NCBI GenBank assembly: GCA_946965045.2
Contig: OX337234.1
Span: 2,294,001 to 2,358,000, forward strand
Origin: Epithemia pelagica
Taxonomy: Eukaryota; Protista; Bacillariophyta
Length of the DNA: 64,000 bases
Direction: 5' to 3'
The notes below the pieces were generated by a model that was not told the DNA's origin, made no database searches, and saw nothing but the letters and a program-made list of their open reading frames with translations. The translations under genes were made by a program, and so were the position numbers. Positions 10,030 through 22,105 of the stretch are shown one piece after another (the first letter of the stretch is position 1; every line of letters starts with the position of its first letter).

Positions 10030-12010
10030 TTAGTATACCTCGACGTGCCACTGCTTCTTGGATTTCAACCCCTTCAACCAATCATCAAAGACAAGGCCCT
10101 TCTTTTCCGCAACTGCCTTCAACATGTCCAAGATTCCAGGCATCATTCCCTTCAGACCGCAAAAGTAAATATGAGCTCCATTCTCAAGTTTCTCGAAAAC
10201 TTCATCAGCATATTCTTCAACCTTGTCCTGAATGTACATCTTTCCACCCTTCGAATTGGTCTGTTCTCGCGAAAGCGCATAATCAAGTCGGAACTGCTCA
10301 GGATACTTTTCCTTGACTTCTTGCCACTCATCGTCGTAAAGGAGAGCATCAGAGTTAGCTACACCAAGGAACAACCATGCTTGTCCCTTGTAGGCTTCAG
10401 CGGCAGGAGTCTGTTCGACAAAAAGACGTCGAATGAAACCACGGTACGGCGCGATTCCTGTACCAGTGGCAACCATGATGTAATCAGTTTTGGGGTCCTC
10501 TTCAGGCAAAAGCATGACTTTTCCGGCGGGTCCCGTCATTACGACATCATCTCCAGGTTGGGTGTCACAGAGGAAATTGGAACAGATTCCCTTCTTGGCA
10601 GGGTCTTCTGCCTGCATTTCCGGGTCCCAGTACGTTGCGCGACGTACACAAAGGGATCCCGTCTTTCCAGACATATCGTCACCATACCGGGAGGACGCAA
10701 TCGAATAGAGACGAACAGAATGCGGCTTCCCATCTTTTTCGCGAACACCAGGAGGAATCACACCCCATGACTGACCCTCCCAATAAGGGAAGTCTCCTTT
10801 GTGGTCAATGATAATGTGGCACGTTTCCCCAGTCGCTTTGGGACCGACAATGCGCTTAGTGGACACAATCTTGCCTGTGAACGGTGCTTTGTTTTTGTAA
10901 ACATTTACAGGAACTGACGATTGATCCCAGTACGGATCGGCTTCCAAGAAATCTTGCTTCTTTTTTCCTTTGAAGAATTCAAGGCCGGTGAGGACAAACA
11001 GAGCAGCCAATGCAATAAGCCCTCCTTTACGACCCGCTAGAGTAATCGCGGACACAATGCCACCAGCAGCCACGACACCCGCAAAAATGGACGACAGAGC
11101 AACAAGAGTGGGCATTCCAAGTAGAAAGGCCCCCATGGCCCCCGTCCAAGCACCGGTTCCTGGAAGAGGGATTCCGACAAAAGCGGCAAGGGATGCCCAC
11201 TGACGTTCAAGTGATCCGATTCCCAAGTCCTTGGTCTTCTTCTCGGCTCGAGTCAAGATCGGGGACATGAGCTTTTTCAGGCTCTCATTGCGAAGCAACA
11301 GGAGAATGGGAAGGATGGGGGCCATGTTACCGAGTACACAAATGGGCAAAACAGTTGACAAAGGGAGTCCCATCCAAATACCTACTGGTACAGCTCCACG
11401 AAGCTCAACAACAGGAAGAGCTGAAATGATGGCCAACACACCCAAATCTGGGATACCAAAAGATCGAAAGAAGTTGGCAATCTTTTGACCAGTATGCAAT
11501 GTCTCTGGTACAGCTGCTGCCTTTCGAGCAGCGTGGGCTGCAGGGACGGTAGTCAGCTGAACAAGAAGCAAGGCCGCGACTCCCATAAGAGCTCTTGACG
11601 TGACCTGATCCACATGTAAGAGAAAATGTGAACAAATTTATTGACACTATGGTTTCTCAGTAGCTACGAGCTCGCAAAAACATACCTTTTTGAGCATCGA
11701 GCGTTTGGGGGTGGTGGCAATAGAGCTGTCGACGCTGCTAGGCATGGCAGCCCTTTCACCAAGAGAAACCACATTTTGAATCTTTGGTTGGAACGGAAAA
11801 GGCGACTTCGGGAGTGCTCGAGTCAAACTGAGTATATAATATGTGGGAGCGACGAACCAACAGCAACGTCGAGTGTGAGATGACACCTTTTCAATGGTTG
11901 GAGTTGAAAGCCAGCTATGACATCACCAACCTTGGAATACTGAAAGCATTTGATGACACGGCGCAGAGTGCAACAAGTGCACCCGAGAAGAGTCTCCCGA
12001 AAGAAACCAT
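10030..12010 (-). CDS. Plastid-targeted fusion: COG2426/small multi-drug export-like membrane domain + ferredoxin-NADP+ reductase; exons 12010-11931, 11827-11686, 11604-10030
   Basis: Exon 1 [22 protein letters not shown]|FSIP (signal + F). Membrane domain with VVELRGAVP and [17 protein letters not shown] motifs [33 protein letters not shown] and terminal EVY, all in one open frame. Confidence 0.88.
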
Positions 12011-12306
12011 GGTTTTTCTTCAGCAACCTTGCAGATGAAATAGATGATGTCCTCCCTCTCTCTCAAGGCTACTTGAAAGATCTGCAACTTGACGTGCCGA
12101 TTTGCGGCGGAGAAGGCTATATTCGTCGAGCGTTTTGCGTTTTGCTCAAACGTCAGTCACAGTCACCACGTGAGGTCGCGTTTATATTAGTCGCATATCA
12201 GTAGTCTTCCGCAGCAGAAAGATCATTGTCAGATGTCAGATCCAGTATCATTGCACCGAAGGTGACGAAGACCTTGCTGCTGCGAAATCTGAAACACAAC
12301 AATCTC

Positions 12307-12855
12307 ATGATAAATAGGAACCTGATGATGAGATCCTTGGTGAGCATTACGCGAAGTTGGTCTCACGCGGGAAATGTTACGAAGGTATCTCAACGACGTT
12401 CTTTGACATACGTGACAACGGCAAGAGCGTCGACACTACCGCGATGTAACGTTCGCCGACGCAATGCCTTGCGGCATTCAACTGTCAGCACCCCAAATGC
12501 TTCTTCGACAGTTTCGACTGATGGATCTGTGAAACTTCCCTATGGATTGCGGCGGGTGGATTATTCCAAAGGCCCTGGTCGTACGTGGCCACTTCCTCCT
12601 GACCCACCTGACACGAGATCTTCGTTTATCAAAGTCCTTCCCTACCTCCAACTTGGCATTTTCATCTTTCTTTGTGGCGTTGTTTACGTTCAATGGGACG
12701 AAAGCGTCTTGGACTATTGGAGGGCTGTCGAGAGAGGAGACGTACCAATCGACGGCGTGGATGATGATGACGACGAAGACGATGATCTCTTGGATGATAA
12801 TGAAGATGAGTGGGAGGAAGTGGGGGAAAAAGACAACAACTATCGACAGAACTGA
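12307..12855 (+). CDS. Hypothetical single-pass membrane protein with acidic tail (possibly mitochondrial)
   Basis: Arg/Ser-rich N-terminus, one hydrophobic segment (VLPYLQLGIFIFLCGVVY), D/E-rich C-terminus. Confidence 0.6.
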   Translation: MINRNLMMRSLVSITRSWSHAGNVTKVSQRRSLTYVTTARASTLPRCNVRRRNALRHSTVSTPNASSTVSTDGSVKLPYGLRRVDYSKGPGRTWPLPPDPPDTRSSFIKVLPYLQLGIFIFLCGVVYVQWDESVLDYWRAVERGDVPIDGVDDDDDEDDDLLDDNEDEWEEVGEKDNNYRQN

Positions 12856-13080
12856 CCAATGCGGCTACGTAAAAGTGGAATCTATTCTTGGTTGTATTAT
12901 AAATATAAATGTTGGATGTTGGTGCAGAAAACATGCGCCCACACAATTGCAAAACGTGTTGGCTCAGCTTACATGTAGTCAATTCAAATCCTGTTCATAG
13001 CCCCTGCTTCCAGGCGAGCAACCCTGTATCCTCGGTTCCGAAAGTGATCTTCACTTCCATCTTGCAAGGTTTCATCGCCA

Positions 13081-14041
13081 TTACTCGCCTTCACTAGCGC
13101 TACTTGACATTGGCTCCTCACTCAGATTGTTAGCAAGTTGAGTCATAACATACGCCAATTGTTCCTGACGAGCCAAGTGGTTCATCGATTTTGTCACTTC
13201 TTTGCCCATGCGGAGACACTGCGCATAGTAGAGCTGTCCTGTGCCCGGTTGCTCCCAGAGCTTTTCTAGCCAGACGTATGCTATGGGAAGCAAAACCACG
13301 TTGGCACGTCCATCGTCAAAAATTTCACACGAAAGAACTTGTACCAATGTCGCTGGGGTTGTAGGTGCGAGGGGACCTCTGTTGGCGTGAATGAAGACTG
13401 CCGAATCCCCCACAATGCGACCGCCACGTTTAGCTTCCTCTGGTTGATGCTTCATCACTTCCGCAATCAATACACGGTATCGAGGCTCAAAAAAATGTAA
13501 GGAATATGGTTGTCCCAAGGCCACTACAGTCATGTGAAATGAAAAAGGAGAAGTTAGAATATGCAACACCAGAAGACGAATCCAAAACTGATGCTAAAGA
13601 TTTCCGAAGCTTACCTTGGCCACACATATAAAAGACAGGACCAACGAAGCGCAGATGATTCTTCACAATATCACGGTACATGTCCTTATACTTTGAAAAC
13701 TGTTTTCGATCGTAAGCCATCTTGACCAAGTTTGATGCTGCTTTGACATCTTCGCATTGGGTGAGTGGAGAATCGATCATCCTATGGAGAGCTCGCTTCC
13801 ACAAGAAAGGTTCTGCGATGATTTGTCGAACAATGGCATCCTTCCAATAGTGTTCCGTGTCACAAAGTTCTCGAAATTTACGTGATACTTGGGGTAACGT
13901 ATGTGTCAAGGACGATTTCGGCAAAGTGATGTTCCGACTTTCAAAAGGTGCATCGGCAACGAAGCTTAGCACCGTCATTTTTAGATCGTCGTGCAAATAG
14001 TTGAACAACGAGAATGATTCACACCGGGAGTTCGTCGACAT
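13081..14041 (-). CDS. F-box-like + Lon protease N-terminal (substrate-binding)-like domain protein; intron 13524-13614
   Basis: N-terminal FSLFNYLHDDLKMTVLSF..LPQVSRKFRELC. Spliced second exon VALGQPYSLHFFEPRYRVLI matches the Lon-N LHIFEPRY motif. Confidence 0.7.
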
Positions 14042-15051
14042 GGTGTGTGTTAATGGCGAAATATTCGTTCAGGACGTTCGAGTTTGATAGAATAGATTGG
14101 ACTGTTTCCATGCAAATGAAGAGAGACGTACGACAAAATGTTGATGTGTAATGTTGTGAGAAATGATCGCTTTGGGTTTCATATTCGCCATTTGACCATG
14201 ATTGTTTTGGTTCTTGGTGTTGGTGTTGGTGTCTTGTGTCTTGGGGTTGGCACTACGTGGTAACGCGTGACGGTGTTTTCTGGTGCGGAGATTCGCCTAC
14301 TCAACTGTGCAGTTTAAAGTACAGATCTTCGTCCCCCACGTTGCACGCCCTGTTTCTTCCGATTCCAACACGTTCGTTTGGGGGTACAGTAAACCCCGAT
14401 TTTGTACTTTAGTAGTATTTTTCACTTCTCTCGAAGCATCATAACCTATTAAGGGCTGGTCATTGCACGTTTTATTTTTCACTAGGGTTAAAGTTATGAA
14501 TTGGAAAATCACCACCGCACCATGACGCTCTGTTTTTGATGCCGCCGTTCATAGATCAAGACTCTGATAGAGGTCGAAGCCTCTTGAGTGTCGAAACAAG
14601 TAAGCATTAAATACGATGTGTGAGTTTCGTGCGAAAAATTGAAGGATTGGTAGAGATGAAGTCATTCATCGGAGATGCTATGTGTTTTTTTGCCATTTTG
14701 CTTGTGTTGCTCCGTTTACATTGTTATTTGTCTATTTCACTTTCTCACAACCTGGTACTTCTTCATTTGTAATCAAAGCGATATGGAGTGCTGGTGTAGT
14801 GGGGAATACAGCTTTAGATAGCTTACCACTCAAAAACAGCTCTGTTTGGCACGATGGCAAACAACAATCAACGAACAAACGAGGAAACAGAGGCTGTTTT
14901 GGCTGGTGTAGAGCACTGGTAAGCCTACATTCTATGGTTTATTCTTTGCATAGTATCTGTGTCGAACTCTCATCCCTTTTTTTCCAGGACGACTGCCCTG
15001 GAGACAACAAGCCAGAATACAACAACAACCACAACAATTGAGACAAACCCA

Positions 15052-15621
15052 GTCGAAGCACTCCTTCTCCACAGTCCATGTCGACCGTTCCTAGTAATTC
15101 CTCGATACAAAGGGAAACAGTACCGGTTTTTATTTTTGCCCTGTACTGCGAACTGCGATGGAAGCCGCGGATGCAAACTCGAACACTACGGGCGGATCAA
15201 AATCATCCTCTCACCAACCACTGCTGTCGCCTCCATTGTGCTTTTCCGATGCACAATGCACTGTCATGTGATTTCGTGGAGGATTTCTATGCCATGATTG
15301 GGCCCCAGTACATTTCCAAATCTGTGGAGCGGAGATTCGAAGTCGTTGGCAAACCTATGCAACACACTCCCCTGACTCGCGCCCTACTACCTAGAACGAG
15401 TCAAGGAACGAGCTCGCTTGTTGGTGTCGCCTCACGTGAAGACGCGTCCTGTGGTCAACAATGCGGCATCCTTATTGGATCCGAAACGCCTCGAGTTTTA
15501 TCAAGCCACGACATTGTTGGCCAACGCAACTCGATTTATGTCGTGGATGATTTTGACTGGTTTGGTGTGGGCTACGCAGTGTGGGTCGAACCACTCCTTC
15601 TCCACAGTCCATGTTGACCGT
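15052..15621 (+). repeat. Pair of 37-bp direct repeats (15052-15088 and 15585-15621, 2 mismatches)
   Basis: gtcgaagcactccttctccacagtccatgtcgaccgt vs gtcgaaccactccttctccacagtccatgttgaccgt. Confidence 0.75.
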
Positions 15622-16665
15622 GCTGACCGTTCAGGGATGACAACACTCCACCTCTTCTGCCTGGACGACTTTAGATTTTGAAATCCACTCACTCACAGTC
15701 ATCCCCATTATCAGGCACAACACACAACCTGTCCATACCCACCACCGATGACCCATCCATTGGTGTACGGCATTGTGGAAGTACACACAACAACGTTGGG
15801 ACAACGCAATCCCTATGGCGCACGATGCAGTGCATATCAATCGCTAGTCTACTAGGTAGTATGAAGAGGCTATCGCATTAAAATCTAAGCACATACTCAT
15901 GATCTGGATCATCGATCATCGTCTTCTGTTGTCTTCTACTAGAGAGAGCTACGTAGGAGTAGGAGTATTTCGATTCTCATGAGATAGCACAAATCCGACA
16001 GTGTCGAAAGCCGACAGCGATGATCATGATCGGAGTTGTTGGAGGCTACTACTTGAGCGGAAGATGGCAAAAACAGTGCAATCGCGAACACTTTCGAGGA
16101 GATTATGGACGACTATCATCTGAATACAGCTGTGCAAAGTGTTCGCGATTGGAGAACTACATCCCGCGGTATCACCAATCACCATCGTCGATAGATGCAA
16201 ATCAGACGAGTTCAGCACTTCAAAAAATGCGACGAACAGAGGAGGGTCGGCCGGCGAAGCCCTACAACCTAGCTAGAGACCAAGACTAAGTGCATACTGT
16301 ACCCATAATATTACAATACAAAATCGGCTCCGAAGCGAACGTGCAACTTCCACAGACATTGTATGGATGGTCACGCGTGCAGTATTTTGTATTGTACGAG
16401 TACCAGTTACCAGTACAGTTAAATTTCAACCGTCAACCAATTTCATGTCAGAACAGTGCCACATCTATTCGGTTGACGAAATTACCAAGACCAAAACGTC
16501 ATCGGCCTTTCTTCAGACGCACCTTCTTATGAGCGATTGTTCTGCGGCTGATAGTTGTGTGGTGCCGCCAAAAAACTTTGTTGGGGCGTTCCATGGCCAT
16601 CTTTCGAAATCAAAGACTGTTGCAACTGTTATCAGGAGTCAGGAGTGAGTGGAGAGAAGCAAGCC

Positions 16666-17379
16666 ATGGCGTCAGTTTTCACACTCTCCCGTCGTCTAGC
16701 CCAGAATTCAAGAGCATATGGCTTCAACTGGAAGAGAGGGGTGGATCTTCGCTTTCACAGACTCAACCAGGAAATGCCCATTCATACGTTTGCGAGCCGT
16801 TCCCCGTTTGATGACGACAGAAAAGAGAGGCATCGAAAATCCGCGCACTCACGTATACAAGTGTCGGAATATCATATGTCTACAGCTGATGGAAGGGCGG
16901 CAACGATCATACTCGGATTTGGGGCTCTGGCTGCAGTTTCCTACGCAGGAGCACAAGGAGTCAAGGCTTACCAGTCGTTCAAGTCCAGTATGGCGGAAGC
17001 CACTACTGAAGAAAAGAGCACGAAGGACGACATGGAGACAGAACATAAAGAAGAAGTCAAAGATGATGCATCTAGTCAAGAAGAAGAGAATCAATCGTCT
17101 TCATCTGCTACGGGGTCTTCAGCTGACAAGAGAGAGAATGTTTTCAAGGAATGGTTTGGTGTTGGCGTTGGATCGAAGTACTATGAAGGCGGATTCGAAG
17201 ATACCATGACTCGTAGAGAAGCTGCGCTGATTTTAGGAGTGCGCGAGTCCAGTTCAGCGGCGCGCATCAAAGAGGCCCACCGTAAATTGCTCATTTTGAA
17301 TCATCCAGATACAGGTGGATCAACTTACATGTCCGGGAAGATTAATGAGGCGAAAGAGCTTTTGATGAAAGGGAAGTGA
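16666..17379 (+). CDS. PAM18: Mitochondrial import motor J-protein Tim14/Pam18
   Basis: [46 protein letters not shown], preceded by a TM segment and a presequence-like N-terminus. Confidence 0.88.
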   Translation: MASVFTLSRRLAQNSRAYGFNWKRGVDLRFHRLNQEMPIHTFASRSPFDDDRKERHRKSAHSRIQVSEYHMSTADGRAATIILGFGALAAVSYAGAQGVKAYQSFKSSMAEATTEEKSTKDDMETEHKEEVKDDASSQEEENQSSSSATGSSADKRENVFKEWFGVGVGSKYYEGGFEDTMTRREAALILGVRESSSAARIKEAHRKLLILNHPDTGGSTYMSGKINEAKELLMKGK

Positions 17380-18036
17380 TGCAGCGCTTGGGCGTCCTCT
17401 GAGTAGATCCACCGTCTTTGTTCAAAAGCTGGGACCTGACTGAATTCTTGTTGCGATCAAAGGCTCGTGTCATTGCCGTTTTGTCGCGAAAAGCAAAAGA
17501 TATTCTATCCTTGCCCCGCAAAACGTTCCGAGGAGATGCTTACAAAACACATCGATAGTTGGACTCATCGGAGTGAAGGTACTCCTAGGTTTGTCATTTT
17601 TAGACCCCATCTCCTGTACCTATACTACCCAGGACTACCTACAGTGAAGTAGAGGAGTTAGTACTCCTATTCTATCGACTTGATCACGGGCGACGACCAG
17701 ACGATATCATATATCCTTTTCCTCTGTTGAGACTTGAGACACAAAAACAGATGTGCATGAATACTGAGCAGTCAACGTCTCTTGAGAATGGAGATATTAT
17801 TCCAAATTATTCATTTTAGTAGCGATGAGGAGTGTGTGAAGGTTGATGTCTCCCTTTGTCCATATCGTTCATGTTGATGGATTTGGGCTTCATTTGAGAA
17901 AACAAATCCAACACAAAACGAGAGAACGAAACGCAAGAAGCGTTGCATCTGCTTCCATCAGGCCCATCCATAAGGCGAAAGCGAAACACCGTTGATCAAA
18001 TCTTCATCTTTCGAGGGGCGGATATAACGGAATAAG

Positions 18037-18849
18037 ATGAGGTTCTGTACATTTCCCTTTTTCGCTGCGTTAATGGCGTTGCGACCGTCAACGTGCGGTA
18101 GTTTCTCCTTGCCACGAGGCTTTAAATTACGATCTCCAACGGTGGCTCTGCATGCAACCCACGAAGTTGCTGATGATGAATCAGATGCTTACACACACTT
18201 ATCCGAGTTTCTGGCTCATTTCAAACCCACACGAGAGATTCGAAGGATGCCACTGTCTAAGCTAGCACAATGGCTTGACGACGATTTGAGCGAAACACAA
18301 TGGTTCGTCACAGGAGATGTTCGTCCAGAATACTTTTGTGAGGACTTCCTGCATGGTAACCCCAAGACCAAGTTGTCGACGCTAGAGGAGTACGTTTCAA
18401 TGGTTCAGTCTGTATTTGATCAGGAAGCATCCAAAGCCGAAATTGTGTCCACAGATGTTGATCCCAGCCAGTTCAACACTATCACTTGTACATGGCGAGT
18501 CTCAGGAAAAGTTAATGTTCTTCTGTGGAGTGTGGATTTCAAATCATTCATTGTTTACTCCGACTTCTACATCAACGCAACGAATGGACTCATTCAAAGA
18601 CAAGAAGATCGCCTGGATATTCCTCTCTGGGATATTGTGTTGAGTTCGATTTTTCCTTTCTTGAATGGATTTGTCACAGCTCCAGAGGCCCCAGCTTTAA
18701 TTCCTCGTATTCGGACAATATCGAAGAACAAGGTTTTGCCCGTCGAGGCCTGGGTGGCTAGAGCAGGTATTTGGGGGTATCTTTTGCCAGTCCGATCTCG
18801 ACGACTGTTTCTTAATGGCACTGGCAGAATGGGAAGAGGAAGATCTTGA
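18037..18849 (+). CDS. Secreted/plastid-type hypothetical protein, NTF2/SnoaL (DUF2358-like) fold candidate
   Basis: Signal-like N-terminus; WFVTGDVRPEYFCEDF, ITCTWRVSGKVN, LIQRQED. The 3' end overlaps a second frame (18815-19321). Confidence 0.55.
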   Translation: MRFCTFPFFAALMALRPSTCGSFSLPRGFKLRSPTVALHATHEVADDESDAYTHLSEFLAHFKPTREIRRMPLSKLAQWLDDDLSETQWFVTGDVRPEYFCEDFLHGNPKTKLSTLEEYVSMVQSVFDQEASKAEIVSTDVDPSQFNTITCTWRVSGKVNVLLWSVDFKSFIVYSDFYINATNGLIQRQEDRLDIPLWDIVLSSIFPFLNGFVTAPEAPALIPRIRTISKNKVLPVEAWVARAGIWGYLLPVRSRRLFLNGTGRMGRGRS

Positions 18850-19321
18850 TGATCTCGAGGCAGACGTGGTGGAAGTGGAAGGTATCTCTGGTCCCGCGGA
18901 ACTCCTACCATATGGTGATTTTGGGACAGATCACGATGACGTGACAGGAACGCGCCAAGTTACCAAAGAGGAAGCTGATTTGATGATCCAGCACGATCAG
19001 CTACATTCTTTTTCAAACGGTTTTGTGGATTCATTCGATCACATAAGGTCGGATGATCTTCTTTGGCACACCGTGGTGACTTCTGCCTCTGAACCAACAG
19101 ATTCAAGGATTCGGGCAGTCCTTGATGATGGTACCCCAGTACCAGCTATTCGGGCTCCTAGTCTGCTGGACAAGGCCAGGCTTTATATTCCTGATCGAGC
19201 AGAAACTCGTGCAAACCTCAACGAAGCCTCACGCCGGACGTTGGACAGAAGAGCCTCCAGATATTATTTCGTTGAAGGTTCCGATGAAGAGGTGGAGAAA
19301 ATAGGGGAGTTATCTCCATAG
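18815..19321 (+). CDS. Acidic hypothetical ORF, possibly the frameshifted C-terminus of the 18037 gene
   Basis: 168-aa protein-like ORF whose frame is already open from about 18720. Confidence 0.4.
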   Translation: MALAEWEEEDLDDLEADVVEVEGISGPAELLPYGDFGTDHDDVTGTRQVTKEEADLMIQHDQLHSFSNGFVDSFDHIRSDDLLWHTVVTSASEPTDSRIRAVLDDGTPVPAIRAPSLLDKARLYIPDRAETRANLNEASRRTLDRRASRYYFVEGSDEEVEKIGELSP

Positions 19322-19708
19322 CTTTATATGTAAACAGACGTCTAATTCGAAGGATACATGCAGGCAAGAGTCTCCATCAAAATACATAAAGCTGGTATTC
19401 CTTCGAGCTGTTGGTACTAGAATTTTTTCCCAGTTTATGACTCATATGTTATACACAGCTTGCTTTTTTATGCCCATTTCTATGTGGAATCTATCGCGAA
19501 AATGGATTCTAATGTTCCAATGGAGATAAGCTCTAGCATACTTGAAAGACTCCTATAAGATTCTTTATCTAACAGTAGAAAGGGAGTATATCGGAAGCTG
19601 GTAAGAACCAGGGTAACCAAAACTTTTTGCCGCCTATGTTTGTTGAATCATTTTGCCCGTCGTTCTTGGAAAATGTGTTGAAGAGAGTTTGTCTCGATTC
19701 TGGTTATG

Positions 19709-20347
19709 TTAACCAGATTTAGCAGCAGCTGCTGCCGGTGTTGCGGTCCCTGCTTTCATGGCAAAGCTTTCAGTAAATTCTTTTGCCCGTCGGATTGCTT
19801 CCGGCTCATTCGTCTTCCAAAGTTCAGCTACGTTGTTATCCAGAGGGTCATCTGGGTTGGGGGCACTCAAAAGAGCTTGAATACTGAGCAAGACCGTTCG
19901 GATCTGAAGGGCCGGACTCCATTTGTCTTTCAGAATGTCTAAGCAGATTCGTCCCAATTTGTCCACATTGGGATGGTATATTTTGGTCAAGAAACGAACT
20001 TTTGGTGGTGCCATTGGGTAATCCGAAGGAAGAAAAAGTTCCAGCTGAAAGACTCCCTTTTCATATGGACTGTCAGTTGGTCCTTCTATCGCCACGGCAA
20101 AGTATCGCAAATTGTCCTGATATGGCGTTGCACTGATGCCTTGTACCGGCTCCGCAATGAGTCGTTGCGTCTCCTGCAGAAGGAAGGAAGCGTAAAACAT
20201 GGAGAGGTGAGCAGAAAGAACAAAGAATCCTCTACCATGGGATAGCAACCACAGATGCCTTGGAAAAGAAAACAAGGGCTGTTGAGAAACAACGATTACA
20301 TGGCGTACCTTGACAATACGTCTTGGCAATTGTGAACTATCCGACAT
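19709..20347 (-). CDS. UBC13: Ubiquitin-conjugating enzyme E2 N (Ubc13); intron 20174-20308
   Basis: [13 protein letters not shown]|ETQRL after splicing; [51 protein letters not shown]. Confidence 0.95.
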   Translation of the reverse strand: MSDSSQLPRRIVKVRHVIVVSQQPLFSFPRHLWLLSHGRGFFVLSAHLSMFYASFLLQETQRLIAEPVQGISATPYQDNLRYFAVAIEGPTDSPYEKGVFQLELFLPSDYPMAPPKVRFLTKIYHPNVDKLGRICLDILKDKWSPALQIRTVLLSIQALLSAPNPDDPLDNNVAELWKTNEPEAIRRAKEFTESFAMKAGTATPAAAAAKSG

Positions 20348-20778
20348 CGTCCGTGTAAATTGATTTGTAAAGCGTAAAGCTCGAAAGTTGCTTATCTTAT
20401 GGACGGACCGAGCGAAAAACTAAACGTTGCTTCGAGGGAAAACTCTGTTGTCGGAATGATTACTTGGGGAATGTCCTCGTCGCGATCAGGAAACACCGTG
20501 AATGCCACCAACCACCAAGGTCAAGCTGGTTCAGGATTCCCTGAACGGCGTCTCCGCAGCGGTCTCTCGCCACTCGCCACACAAAAATGCCGCGCACCGA
20601 AAAGCCAAAGAAGGAAAGTGGTCGCGTCTGCAGATGACCACACTACCCAGAAGGAAAGCGGTGAGAAAGCTCGCACAGTACTCATCTGAACACAGTACCT
20701 TTACCAAACAGCCGACCATCACCGCTGCCCACAAGCCCAAGCCCCAAGCCCAAGCGTCCAAAGAAGAAGTCTCACAAA

Positions 20779-21924
20779 ATGGAAGCTGCCGTTTACGATA
20801 TCTTTGGAGGTCCGATCCACATACGAAGGATCCCTATTCCGGTCTGTCCCACAGATGGGGTCATCGTTCATGTAAAGGCTTCTGGCGTATGTCGAAGTGA
20901 CTGGCATGGTTGGAAAGGCCACGATGATGATATAGTACAACATGGTCTCCCCTTCACTCCTGGCCACGAATTCAGTGGCGTTGTTGTGCAGTTGGGGGCC
21001 AATCTACGCATGATGAATGGGCATCAAGACCATTCTGGTTTGAACGTTGGAGATCGCGTTGTGGTTCCCTTCATTCTGAGCTGTGGATCGTGTCGCTACT
21101 GCAGTGTGGGTCGTCCCACAGTGTGCCGCCATCAACAACAGCCTGGTTTCACGTATCCAGGATCCTTTGCCGAATATGTTGCTGTACCCCGGGCGACCCG
21201 GAATGTTCGCAAACTTCCTAATCAGGTATCTTTTGTGCAAGCAGCTGTCTTGGGTTGTCGTTTCACCACGGCGTATAGAGCAGTGATTCAACAGGGTCGA
21301 CTGGAAGCTGGAGAGTGCGTGGCCGTATTTGGCAGTGGAGGGCTAGGTCTCTCCTGCATCATGATTGCCAAGGCCCAAGGTGCGAGCCGAATTGTCGCAG
21401 TGGATATATCCGAAAAAGCGCTTGAAAAAGCTCGTCAGCTGGGGGCGACCCATACCATATTGGTCCAGAAACAAACATTGCGCGGGTCTCGAGATCAGGA
21501 TGAGTTTATTCAGAATCAAGTTATTCGTTTCTGTGAAGATGAAGGTGCACATTTATCGATTAATTGCACAGCGGGAGTAAATTCACAATGTGCGAATGCC
21601 GTTTACTCTGCACGGCGTACAGGGAGGATAGTTCAGGTAGGATTGCCGGTTGGTGAAACCACATCGTCCTCCTCGATAGCGACGTTAGGAATACCCATGG
21701 ATCGGGCGGTGGCCTTCGAATTGGAAATTCTTGGATCACACGGCTTTGATGCCCATGATCTACCCGCATTGTTGGAAATGATAGCATCTCAGTCTCTTGA
21801 TCCTAGTTTGTTGGTAGAAAGAGAGGTATCCTTATCTGAAGGCGCTCGGGCTCTGGAAGACATGGATCATGGTAGTCCGTTGGGAGTGACGATGATAACC
21901 AGTTTTCGTGAAAGCAAGCTATAG
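20779..21924 (+). CDS. Zinc-dependent alcohol dehydrogenase (MDR family), intronless
   Basis: GVCRSDWH, PGHEFSG, structural Zn CGSCRYC..C, GCRFTTAYRA, Rossmann GSGGLG. Confidence 0.9.
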   Translation: MEAAVYDIFGGPIHIRRIPIPVCPTDGVIVHVKASGVCRSDWHGWKGHDDDIVQHGLPFTPGHEFSGVVVQLGANLRMMNGHQDHSGLNVGDRVVVPFILSCGSCRYCSVGRPTVCRHQQQPGFTYPGSFAEYVAVPRATRNVRKLPNQVSFVQAAVLGCRFTTAYRAVIQQGRLEAGECVAVFGSGGLGLSCIMIAKAQGASRIVAVDISEKALEKARQLGATHTILVQKQTLRGSRDQDEFIQNQVIRFCEDEGAHLSINCTAGVNSQCANAVYSARRTGRIVQVGLPVGETTSSSSIATLGIPMDRAVAFELEILGSHGFDAHDLPALLEMIASQSLDPSLLVEREVSLSEGARALEDMDHGSPLGVTMITSFRESKL

Positions 21925-22105
21925 CTGAATTGTGCAGTATTCTAATCGAACATCATGTACATCAGATAGGATGGTGCTTGTGTCATTGAGTTGATTGTGG
22001 TTATACCTTTGATAAAACCCATCATGTCTCTAGGTGAAAGAGTGAGCATGGGCTCACTCAATGATAAGTTTTAAGTTCATTTTACCAGAATCAAACTATA
22101 TATTA

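Noticed and set aside
20399-20900. ORFs overlapping the ADH 5' region
   Set aside because: Not in frame with the ADH, no splice solution found and no motif.
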